This document shows positions 25,601 to 37,369 of a stretch of 64,000 nucleotides of DNA, in pieces. Source of the DNA: Convolutriloba macropyga (taxonomy: Eukaryota). A program made the position numbers and the translations under genes. Every line of letters begins with the position of its first letter. The first letter of the stretch is position 1. The notes under the pieces were generated by a model. It worked only from the letters and a program-made list of their open reading frames with translations. It was not told the origin of the DNA and ran no database searches. Location of the stretch: contig NC_134475.1 in the NCBI RefSeq assembly GCF_964194025.1, forward strand, positions 13,330,001 to 13,394,000. Reading direction: 5' to 3'.

Positions 25601-27413
25601 AATAGTGGGGAATGATGAAAGCCATCATTTTTAAAAGCAATTACATTCAAAGACATGACAAAACTCAGGTATCAACGGAGTTCCTCGAATAGGTTCGTTT
25701 AAACCTCCATAGGAGGCCATTAAGAGCTGTCATTATCCAGAATATATTATACGACTCCAAATTCAACGACAAGTTTAGAAAATAAAAATTCTAATTTTTG
25801 CGAGAAAAAGTTGTCGAAAACCTTGATCTATTAACTAAGGGCAATGAATTTGTTTAATTACGCTTTCTTTCAACATTGATTTTGTGGCACATGGGTTGTT
25901 CTTGTTGTAACAATCTGGCAAGACAAAAAAATTAACATGAAATTAGGCAAATGTCGAAAAATATTGTGGAAACTCGTAGCAAAGCCGCAAAACCACTATA
26001 CCTAACATATAAACTCATTGAAGACTGGATTTTGGTTCACCAGAAAGAAGAGGGGATCTCTTTGCCGAAGCTACAGGTTGATAGGATTAAGATGAAAAAA
26101 ATGGCAAATATCAAAATTTGCTTTATAAACAAACAACAACTACAGAACTCAAATGTTTTAAAAACAATTGTAAGCAAACATTGTTGAAGCCATAAAAGCC
26201 ATAAGCTTTTAACTGAGAATATAATAATTGTTTTTTTGGGCCTCATTTGCTCGTAAATGAGATCTCTCAACATTTGTAGCTCGATTTGAAATCAATCCAG
26301 TATATTTATTGATCGTAAACAAAAAAGAAGGAAAATTATTTCAAAAACCAGTAAAACTGGAATACCTTTGTAGTAAAGATCGTGATTAGTCTAAAACTAG
26401 CCTTGATTTTGCTGCTTGTCCGTGAAAAGAAACTAATTTTTGCAATTTTTGGCGAAATAGATAATTTGACAAAAATGTCAATATATCTAAANNNNNNNNN
26501 NNNNNNNNNNNNNNNNNNNNNNNNNNNNNNNNNNNNNNNNNNNNNNNNNNNNNNNNNNNNNNNNNNNNNNNNNNNNNNNNNNNNNNNNNNNNNNNNNNNN
26601 NNNNNNNNNNNNNNNNNNNNNNNNNNNNNNNNNNNNNNNNNNNNNNNNNNNNNNNNNNNNNNNNNNNNNNNNNNNNNNNNNNNNNNNNNNNNNNNNNNNN
26701 NNNNNNNNNNNNNNNNNNNNNNNNNNNNNNNNNNNNNNNNNNNNNNNNNNNNNNNNNNNNNNNNNNNNNNNNNNNNNNNNNNNNNNNNNNNNNNNNNNNN
26801 NNNNNNNNNNNNNNNNNNNNNNNNNNNNNNNNNNNNNNNNNNNNNNNNNNNAAAAACTAGCAATATTTAAATTCCGCAAAACCCCTGTAGTAAGAAAAAA
26901 ATTAAATTAGCCCCCTCTGGGGATTGAGAAAATGATGCCAGCAGGTTTCAGGTTTACCCTTTCGACAAATTTAAAAGTGTGCTAAGGAGACATAATTGGC
27001 GCATATTTGATCAAAAGAAGGCTGAATTTTGAAAAATTTATGCAAAATATTAGCTAAAATTTTGGAACAATCAGCTCGACAAAACTACTTCGTCTCCACA
27101 GTTAAAACCAATAACACTATCGTTAACAGTTTTATATTTTTTCAGCAAAATTGACGAAAAAAATGGCAAAAAGAAAAAATGACAACAAAGACAACGGAAA
27201 TCCGTCAAATAATAAAACCTCAATAATATTTTGGAAAACAAACGAAATTCGAAAATAAATCTTTTTTTATTCTATTATTCTACGGTTGATGGACTTTCTA
27301 ATGAAACACTCACAACTCTCTCTGGTGAATATATCGATCGGCCAAAATTGACTGAAGAGAAATAAATCCAGTTGAACATATAGTTCCTCTCGCAATGTGA
27401 TGGGTCGGAACAA
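22619..27413 (-). mobile_element. Large Helentron-like family C element with an internal ~1.9-kb tandem duplication and three N-gaps
   Basis: End GGGTCGGAACAAT at ~27401-27413 shared with 33347-33360 and (inverted) 44591; 23412-25162 is repeated at 25363-27290. Confidence 0.65.
22651..23086. repeat. ~435-bp near-perfect palindrome (fold-back)
   Basis: Arms such as ACCGCTTTAGAGGGCCGATGAGATCTGCCATTAA (~22736) and TTAATGGCAGATCTCATCGGCCCTCTAAAGCGGT (~22972); centre near 22870. Confidence 0.9.
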
Positions 27414-27470
27414 TAAAATGGGTATCGCTCTTGTCTTTAATCAACTGCTTGAGATGGATCATTTTTTCAG

Positions 27471-27722
27471 GCCCCTGGATCAAAGGGTGCTAATATAAAA
27501 GGCTTCGATCGTGGCTTGTTGGTGGAGGAAATCGTTTCTGCTCGTGTAGATGATGGCAAACACCTCTTCTATGTCAAATGGCAAGATGCTGACATATCAG
27601 AATGGGTATCGGCAGATGACGCTGACATTTGCTGTCCACGAAAAGTTATCGCATTTTACGAAAAACATATTCGGTGGGCGAATCCGACTCCTGTGGCTGC
27701 TGAAGAAACAACCCTGTCTTGA
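27471..27722 (+). CDS. HP1: HP1/chromobox protein exon 3 (chromo shadow domain); spliced protein about 193 aa
   Basis: KGFDRGLLVEEIVSA..LFYVKWQD..CPRKVIAFYEKHIRW; TTTTTTCAG acceptor, phase 0; AATAAA at ~27789. Confidence 0.92.
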   Translation, partial: APGSKGANIKGFDRGLLVEEIVSARVDDGKHLFYVKWQDADISEWVSADDADICCPRKVIAFYEKHIRWANPTPVAAEETTLS

Positions 27723-28686
27723 AATGAGTGAAAATTGGTCTTTAATGAATCGAGGAGGCCATGAAGAAACTATTTTTTTTCGTTCTCAATAAAAACTGAT
27801 ACGTGTCACAAGTAATTGCTGCTATTATAACCAAGCTATTTGCAATAATTGGGTGCTGATTTTAGAATTGAATTCAGTATCTGATAAATTTTCACTCATC
27901 CCTTTTGGAGGTCTATATTCTAACCCCATGTTTACTATGTTTAATGATTTTGCTTTTTGGATTTGCCTTTATGTTTTAGTGTCGGGTTAATTGAAACTAA
28001 TGATATTAAACGTTTATTTCTCCAAAGTAAGTTCGTGGAACTGTTTTATATGAGTCATGTTGGTTTTGGTCGCTCCTGTTAGCTCTGCTTTTGCTGTAAC
28101 TTTGATTGGTATCGGTTTTTTCATATATAGAGCTTTCGATATTTGCTATAATGGAAATTGTTAAGTCTCATTGGCTTCATCTTGGCGTCTGGACGCCAAA
28201 CGAAATTGAGCACAGCCCTCTTTGGTCCAGATGGTGGCACTATTCTGGTATTGTCAGTCCTTTTGTTTGTGCCAAATTCTATAGTTAGTAGTGTCTGTTT
28301 TTGTGAGCCAGTTGCAGGGTAGTGAGTAAAACTCAATTTGTAACTTTTCAAATTAGTCTAATTTATGCGCGTTTTCTTAAATTTTTTCTTAAAATCTCCA
28401 AAAATATGAAAATCCAACGGAAATGCTTTCTAGCTTCTCGGAAATTTTCATTACTTTTATTGGCTAGTTAAAGTTTGTGCTGAAAAAATCCGTAATCGGT
28501 GCTGATTGTTTAATTGAAACCTTGAATCGTCTATATTATATTAAAATCTTAAAGAACACGTTCTTAACTTATTTTAGAAGACGGTCTCAAATATTTCTAT
28601 AGTCGATAGTGAAATACAAACTCTGTCAAATCTGTATACTCTTAACGATTGAATTACTTGTAAAAATATATACAACGGTACATATA

Positions 28687-31600
28687 CTCGGTAATGTGCA
28701 ATTGCACATAAGGTTCCGACCCCGCTCATCCACAATTTTGGCATGATTGTCTACCAAATGAGGAACATAGAAAAACCCAAAAATTCAAGTGTTTTTTTAA
28801 TAGCCGCACAGCGATAGCTGGGGCTATTATTGGCCTTCTCTTGGTTTTTTTTACGACTCGAAGAGGAGTATTGGTTTTCTCTCGGTCTTTTTTTTACAGG
28901 AAGTAGATTTGTTCACGCGGCATTTTGACCTAAAAGCTGTCTCGGTGAAGACAATTTCGCTAAGCGACAGAAGTTTTTTGATCACGCGCTTCGTTTAGTG
29001 AATGACTTTTTGACTTTGAAAAGTAGTTTTTGACTGAATGGCACATATAGATAACCGTTTTTAGCCGTTTTTGGACTAAGTGGCCCAATTTTTTTTGCTT
29101 TTAATTTGGTTTCTTATAGAAATAAAATTTATTCGACTGTATTGAAATGTCAACCTCAGAAATTGAATCCACAGTGTTTTGCAGAGCCTGAAAATGCGTT
29201 TCAAGTTGAAAATTGGCACATATTTCTTGATTTTTTTAGTTAATTCTGGGCTTTTTTTCTATTAATTTCTTCATTTTTGGATCTTTCAACCGTCTTTTTG
29301 CCAAAAATCAGTTAATATGGCAACTTCTTTTTGATAATTCATATACTCAACGCCTCTTTCTACCTCGATGTAATTTTGTTTTATAAAATTTACATATGCT
29401 AATCCGATTTTGGTAGTTTTTTTCCGATTTTCGTCAGTTTTTTTGTTTGTATTTTGGTTGTAATTGCTAGAAATAGTCTTTTTGGGCAACATGAGGGACT
29501 TTACTTTCGTTTCAATAAAAATTCAATCATTTTTTGGCGTTAAGTTTTGAAAAAACAGTTAACTTTTTCATAAATGCAGTCTGAACTTGAAAGTTCTTTG
29601 ACCATTTTTTGCAAAATGTTTCAATGTTTCATATTTATGAATTCTGCTTTTTCCTATTTTTTTGTTCTCTTCAGGAGGATAGATTTTTGTATGGGATGAT
29701 TATTTATCTTTTGTATGTCTTGAAAGCTGAACAATAAAATGTATTCGTTTTTCTTGAATTTTTTAATTGATTTTTAACTTTCAAGAATCAAGAATGTGTT
29801 TTTGTTTCGGTGTTCCTTACATTGTGCCCATATTCCTCACATTCTAGTTAGTATCTTTTTATCTTTGTCCTGGCACCTACATTTATTTTGGTATATTGAT
29901 TTTTTTCAGTAGTTAAAAATGAATGATTTCAGCTTTTTCTTAGATTTTCGTCATTTCTTTGGCTTGCATTTGTTTTCATTGAACATAAGGCAGTACTGAG
30001 AGTTTGATAGCAAGCCTTTTCCGCATTTTCCACTTAAGACTATTTACTGCAACTTTCTTCCGGCCTTGGTATTAAATTAAAAGATTTTTGCCTTTGAATA
30101 TTCTTCTGCTGCTTATGTCTTTTCTATCTTTTCTATAATCAATTTAATTTTTGAATTAGTATGAAATTATGTTGTCTAGCATTTGTACAACAAGGAACAA
30201 GTGTGTGTTGTTTTTTGTCTTAATTGCAGTGATTAGAAGTGTAATTATAGCTGTTTTTTGATTCTTAAATTTGAGCTTTCTGTTTTGAAAAGATTTAACT
30301 TAGTTTCTAAGATTATTATCTGCCGTTTGCTTTCGCGATCTTTTTCAGATTAAAATCATGAATTATTTGAGGGCAATTGATAACCTTGTCAGCTTTTTCA
30401 GTTTAGCATTTTTTTGACCACTTTAATTATTTCAGTTTTTTAACGTTACCAAAAGTTTTCAATGATATAAAATTTTGCTGCATTTTGTTTCTCTTGGTAA
30501 CATTGGTTTAAGTTTCACCAATTTTTAGAGCAGACCTGGAGATAGCGAGTTAATGGTTTAATACAAAAAGTAATGGCTTCCGCTGCCATTACGGTTTTGT
30601 TAGTGAAGTTTTGATGCTTCGAGTCGCTTCCGGGATTCTTCCGGCTATGTTTTTTTATTTCGTCATGATTTTTGTTACGACCATATGACGTCACAGCCAC
30701 TTTTTATTCATTCGTTCATGCAATTTCAACATTCGTTCATGAAATTGCATGTGTGACGTCATTTTTCGCTCTTAGTGGAGCGAGTTTTTTGTTCATGTGC
30801 GTGATTAAATTTTTGTTCACACTTGACTTACCTCACTCTCAAAAATGACTTCCTGACTTTGAAGTTGGCTTTTATTTACTTTAATTCAAAGAGATAAGGT
30901 CAAATGGTCGTGTGTCACTCTAAATGAAGGTTATTTGAGATCAGCTAATAGAGGCAGCAATTACTTATACAGTTTTTTAATCGAAATATAACAGATCAGC
31001 CTTCAATGAGAAGACGAATTTTTTTGGTCTGTCTTTTTTTATGTTTTTTTTAGACTGCCGATCTACGAATCTATTGCGGCTATTTTCTGGCAATCTGCCA
31101 GCTATGTTTTTAAATTGGTGTATGAACGAAAAGATAGCCTCCAAAGCAATGAACTCAGTGGTGAATAATGGTGCATTAGATTGATGAGATGTGCAAATAT
31201 TAAGAAAGCGAACAGTTAATTTCAAAGTAATGAAAACCATTAGAAATCAAATAAAATTTCCCACTGGTGTAAGATTACCATTTCTTCTATAGAAGGAATT
31301 AAGAACTGCTGGTATTCAATTTTTTATGCGGTTAATAAAAGAACAACAAATAGACAACAAACAAAAAATCAATTAAAACTTGGCAAAAAACGCTTTCCAA
31401 ACTTGAGAACCATACTATGGCCATCAAAATATGTTCGCTTGTAATTTCTGCGAGCACCGATAATGTATTATGTAACCTCTCATTGATGAAGCTAGGTAAC
31501 AAGTAGATAAAAATGAAAAAATGTAAAATTATATAACAGTTTACTTTTTTTCGAAAAAAATATTTCCAAAGACATGAACGCTATTAATTACAGAATGAAA

Positions 31601-33360
31601 TAATTAAATAGGTTCGTTTATTCTTCCAAAACAAGCCCTTGAGAATTGAAATTATCCAGAATATGTCTTACGTCTACAAAAAGAACGTCAGACATGACAA
31701 AAATAAAAATTTATTTTTACTTTTTTTCAGTGTTGAAGCCAGTAAAGTCAACGAATTCTTCAAAAACATTAGATTTTGTGACACCAATCCCTCTTGAAAC
31801 TTTCCTTTGACAACTGTAATGTCATATTTGGCTGGTAATTAACGAGACTAGATAACAAACAGACAATAAAAGGAGCAAAATTGCGAAGTTACAATGTTTC
31901 TTTTTTGTTTTTTTTTCAGTGTCATGAAAGCCATCAGTTATCTACTAATATCAGATCATCTAATCTTCTGTGAAAACCAATGAAATCGGGTTATTGTACT
32001 GGAATTTTCATACGACTAAAGAGACAAAGTAAAAAGGACAGTCAAAGACAAAAATTAAAAAAAAAATCAAATTCTTCAAGAAAGTAGTGTCGAAGCCGTT
32101 AAAATCATAAGCTATATCTTCAAGGATTTCAATATTATCAATTGTGCCTTATTTTCAAAGCCGATAATGTGATATGCGAACTGTCAATAACGTGATAATG
32201 TGGCAAAACTAGAAAACGTGAAAAATGGGCAAATACCTGAAAAATTTTAAAAGAATGTGAAATCTAGTAATATCAAAGCCAGAAAAACATAATTTAAGGC
32301 GCAAAACCGCAATAAAGGTTGAATTTGATCTCAATAGAAAAAAGAAGCATTATTGCATTGCTGACAACAAGCTACAAGTTGACCCAATTATGAGAAAAAT
32401 AGAGACAAACTTCAACAAGTCAGTATTTATTTAAAAATCAAATATTTTAAAAGTCAAAACAACCATAAGCTTTTAAGTAATCAACTAGATACAACAATGT
32501 GGAGCTATTTAGGGATCCAATTGGACCTATCTTTAGTGAGCTTTGGTTTGAAATGTTCTGTTATTTAATTAATGTAGAAAAGATCGATTTTTTTTAATAA
32601 AAAAGACCGGCTGATTACAATCCGAATCGTTTTTGGATTATACCAGACCACGATTGGTCCAAAACTAGCCCTGCTAATGTTGTTTGTCCATTAGGAACAC
32701 TTAGTTATTCGAATGTTTTAGAGATTGATATTTTGTTAGTTAAATACTCGAAAAATAGATGCTGCGTTTTTGATAAACGAATAAATTTAGCAAAAAACGG
32801 CAAAGTTTTAATTACAGAGCACTCTTAACGGAATTTGAAATAGAAAAGCCCCATTTTGAGTCTAAAATTATTGTGTTAGTGATGGTTGGGTCTGTACTTC
32901 CTGTAAATTTAATCAAACTGTACTAAAGAAACTTATTTGGTGCAGTTTTTGATGAAAAAATCTTTATTTTGAATCATTTAGCCAGAATTTTTGACAAAAA
33001 AAGTTAATAAAAATAGCCTACAATAAAATTTTTTGTCTTTACAAATAAAAATCGACAACCATTTCTTGAAAAATTAACAAATTTTAGCAAAATTGGCGAA
33101 GATTTAGTCAGAAATTCCGGAAAATGTGAATAAAATCTCACCGGAATTCACTCAATTTTCTCAAAATTTAAACCCCGATAACTCCCTGTAAAAAAATAAA
33201 ATTTAAAATTTTTTTAATTCCATATTCTGCGCTGGACAAGTTTTCTAATGATACCAGTCTCAACTCTCTACGATGAATATATCGATTGGCCAAAATTGAC
33301 TGAACAAAAAAAATCATTTGAGTATATAGTTCCTTCCCCCTCAAGAGGGGTCGGAACAAT
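28687..33360 (-). mobile_element. Helentron-like family C element hosting an A[B] nest (A 28799-31106; B 28852-30649, both + strand)
   Basis: subTIR TTCCGACCCC / GGGGTCGGAA with a perfect palindrome ATGTGCAATTGCACAT at 28694-28709; inner ends match families A and B. Confidence 0.75.
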
Positions 33361-34635
33361 TATGCCGGGCTCTTTGTTTCTTCCGGTAGGAATCCAGACA
33401 TGTTCCAGCTGCAAGGTATTCCAGACATTTTTTTTCGAAAAGCGGCAAGTTTGTGTAATAAGGCAAAGAGTTAAAAATGTTGACTGTTCAAATTTGAATT
33501 GATGTTTCGCATCATCTTCTTTTGTTTTGTTAGTCTTTCCAATCTCTTAAAGTCGGAGTTTGCTTGTAATAGTTACACTTCGTGAAGTTTTCAATATTCA
33601 AACTGTTGTTTTCTGTTGGCTTCAAAAATTTACGGGTTGGATGTTGATGTTACTACCGAAGCCAGCCGGTCGTTTGAGCAATTGGCCCGACGTTCGTCAG
33701 TTGTTTTTTTGGCCGATTTTACTCAAATTTTGTAATTTTTGTAGCGCCTTTCTATCTCACCCGACAAATGTGTATGAATATAAATATTTTTTTAAAATAA
33801 TGCAATCGCTTGCTCATATGGAAGAACTAGCATTGTTAAGTCTCGGTTCTTGAAGGTTAGGCTTGTTTCGGTTGTAAAAGACTTGACTAGATTTGGTGCA
33901 ATCTTCTCTTATGTAAGCTGGAGCCGCTAGTTTACTGATCTTGCTTGTGTAAATCATTTCGAGTGGTTTGAGATGCGTTGAGGTTGAGGATAAGATAAGA
34001 AATCCTAATAGAACAAACCTCTTCTTCTTAATCTGAACACTGTTTTCTGTTGAGATCTATTTGAACTGCTTCATTATTTATATCGCTAAGTTGCTCACAC
34101 TGAAGTGTATATTATTACGAAACAATAGTACAAAAAGTAGTTGCCACTTGATGCTCCAATCCTATAAGAGAGCGGGGAAAACCTAGATCCCTTGCTTACG
34201 AAACAAAACCGTAAGTATGGGTTACGTCACTCTGATGAAGGCACTGAGGAAAGTGAGACATTCGCCGCCGACCGCGTAGCGATGCGAGATTTAAGCCCGA
34301 ATTTTGAAGTGTTTTTTAGCGGAGTCACGTAACCGTGTTTGAAACACGAACTTGCGAGTTTGAAGTCTGGAACTGTAAATAAGAAAATCTGGCAGTGTGA
34401 AGTCTTGAACTGAAGAGATCTGGCATTTCAAAACGTGCACGTGAGTGTTTCTATTGGAAGTAATGCTAGTTATCCCTCACAATGTTAGGAAAATAAGTGT
34501 TTTCATTAATGGACTACAAGTCACTCAATGCTTGCTGTTTTACAAACTACAGTGATTGAAACTTGATCCATAAAGTGTAGGGCAACTATTTTGTACTAGT
34601 TTCCTGAAGTTGAGAATTAAGCGTTCGAAAGGAGT

Positions 34636-34818
34636 ATGAAAGTGGACAACTTCAATGGTAAACTGCCGCCTGATGTAGCTGCACAAGTTGGAAATACTCA
34701 AGTGTCATACCCCGAGGGATTTGATACTGTAGTATCTGGATATGACTTTGCTGCTTGTGATGGAAAGGTTAACTTTGACAAGATGCTGTCTGAGGATTCT
34801 CTCTCCACTGGGCTACAG
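34636..34818 (+). CDS. DHPS: Deoxyhypusine synthase exon 1
   Basis: VSGYDF...STGLQ motif; CAG|GTGGGT donor, phase 0; probable 5'UTR intron with donor GTGAGT at 34441. Confidence 0.88.
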
Positions 34819-35538
34819 GTGGGTGTTTAGACCCTATTCTAGTTTAGACAATTTTTTTGCGTAGTTCTTTTGAGTAGTTCCGACAGTTCACTGAGTGCAT
34901 AGTTGATAGGTACCTAATTTGCACACCCACTCTTCTGTTGCCTAGCAACGTACCATTTGCTAATGGGGCTCGAGCAAAATCAAACAGAATGGATTCTATA
35001 ATGGATTTCACATGGCATCTCATCTGTTTTGCGTGAAATCTCACTGTGGGAATTTTCTAAACCAGAGAAACAGCATCAGATATTAATTGGAAAACTGGGG
35101 GTTATTGAAAATTATGAATGAAGGGCACGCTTGCTGTGATTTCTTTAAACATAAATAATTTCCTCGAAAGTCAGCAAATTACAAATAATAGTCGTATGAA
35201 TGAAATGAAGAATGTTATTTTTCGGAAAACACTTATAAATAATGTGACTACAGGTACAATTTCTAGCGACCTCTCAAGACTGCCCTCAATGAACATTATT
35301 GTAAGATTTTCGTTTTAAATGCTGTTTTCAATGCACTTTTAAGCAGCGATATTTAACTTAAGCGAGGTACCATAAATCGAATATATTGGTACAATTTGTT
35401 GACATTTGAAGTCCTGTTTATTAAAAGTCAATTTTGAAGATAAATTTTTGGCTCAGAGGAAAGCGCTGATGAAGATGGCCGATTATTTGTAGACAAAGCT
35501 CTCTTCATCTTTAGAACTGTTTTGTTTTATGTTGCCAG

Positions 35539-35683
35539 GCAACTATGTTTGGAAGAGCAATAGCCGAACTGAAGAGAATGATTGAGGCTAAGCTGAATGG
35601 AAGTTTGACGGAGGAGGAGATTAAGAAGCAAAGAGAGATACCCACTGACAACTGGCAGCCAACACCATGTACCATATTCCTGA
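35539..35683 (+). CDS. DHPS: Deoxyhypusine synthase exon 2
   Basis: ATMFGRAI...CTIFL; CAG acceptor, GTGAGT donor, phase 1. Confidence 0.9.
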
Positions 35684-36543
35684 GTGAGTATTCCTAGTTG
35701 CTCTAATGCTTACATTTTATACTCATTATGTAGAGCTAAACATGCAAGCAAACGTTTGCTCTCAATATAAACTGTGAAGGTTTTGAGAAGTTCACGTTAG
35801 TCACATAAAACAATCATCTAGTTATTGAAATGACTGTTACTTTCCACTTTCACCTTTTTTGTTGCCAAACATTTTATGGGAGTAGATCAGTGTAGAAATT
35901 TTTCTAGATTTTGTTTGTTTCAGAGTCAGAAATATCCGCAAAAAATTCGAGAAAAATGTGGCCTCCTACTAATTTCGGGGAATAAAAAATTCAACCAAAA
36001 TAGGGAAACAAAATGATAGGTCATGTGCGTTCGCGCCTAAGGCTCAACAATTTAAACTTGAGAACATGAAATGGTTTTGACCTAGATGAATATCTTCCGA
36101 TATTTATTGGAACTTTGTCGTCCTGCTTCTTCTGCAAGAGAGTTCATTGTGCATTTATTTAAAGCTCCGCTTGCTGTCCCGGTGAACTATGCCTTTTTCT
36201 CTACAAATTTAGAGCCTCGGATTGGACGACAGCTTAGTAGAAATGTTTTGTTGAATTGTTATTTTGTTTGTCAAAGAAAAAAAAATGACTGTTCTCAAAG
36301 ACCAAAAGCGAGCAAACTTTTTTCACACTTTAAAATAAGAATTAACTTAGTATTTCTACGACAAAAAATCTGATATGGATTTTTGCTCATCGATTACCCA
36401 GAGGGTATAAAGTCGATTACCCAGAGAATGCGCGAACTAATAGGATTCAACTAAATCCACCTTTCTTTGAAAGTTATTCAATTTTGAATTTTAAACGTCT
36501 ATTCTTTCTAACCGTTTCAATCAATTATTTGAGCGTGCTGATT

Positions 36544-36952
36544 AATTGCTCTCAAACGAAGTTTGTGGCAATTATATTAGTCCTGTCGGTCTTTTTTATG
36601 CGATTTCTCGCTTGACCGATTTTTCGTCTGACGCTTTTGACTTTTCGTCCCCAAAAACGGGATAAACAGGTAGCGCCCAGCGGGCATTAAGTGCTCTTAG
36701 AGCCTTTCAGCTCAAACTGTTTTGGAGATTTAAACATATACTTATGATGTGAAGGGCGGTTATTAGAGGTTGAGACCCCCCCCCCTGTTGACCCCCACCC
36801 CCACTATTGCCTCCACCCCCCACCGCGCTGTTGCCCCCAACCCAGTGTTGCCCCCATCAGCCCCCGGTGCCCCCCCCCCGTGGCTAGCTACTGACGAAGC
36901 CAACCGCTCGCCGGTCGTTTGAGAGCAATTTGCCCGACGTTAGTCGGTTATG
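36544..36952 (+). mobile_element. HINE family E, complete short copy
   Basis: 16-bp subTIR AATTGCTCTCAAACGA / TCGTTTGAGAGCAATT, 3' hairpin CCGAC-GTTA-GTCGG + TTATGTT, C-rich tract 36775-36880. Confidence 0.8.
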
Positions 36953-37369
36953 TTTTAAATACCCAGTTTCTAGATCAGAGTAAAAGCAGAAAATCATGTT
37001 AGAAAAAAAAGCAAAATTGAAAGTCCCACTATGTCAAACACATTTTTTCTGCATTTTAGCTGAGTTTTCTGAGTTTGATGCATTTTAGGCGATTATATTT
37101 CATTAAGTAAGAAAAACTGTACAAAAAATTTTTGAACTACCATTTTCTAATATTTGATCAATTGTCCGATTTAATTGTCAATCCGATTAACCTTTAAGTT
37201 TCGCTTTACCATATTTTGAAAGAACCATATGTTCGCTCAACCATGTTTGTTTGCTCAACCATATTGTTGGTCTCGTCGTCTGCCCTCTCCAGGTGTAATA
37301 GCCAACACAACTTCATTCACCTTTCTGGTATTTAATGACAGATAAATTAAATTTATTCGTTTCTTTCTT

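Noticed and set aside
24425-26879. ORFs containing long X runs
   Set aside because: Artefacts of translating through N gaps
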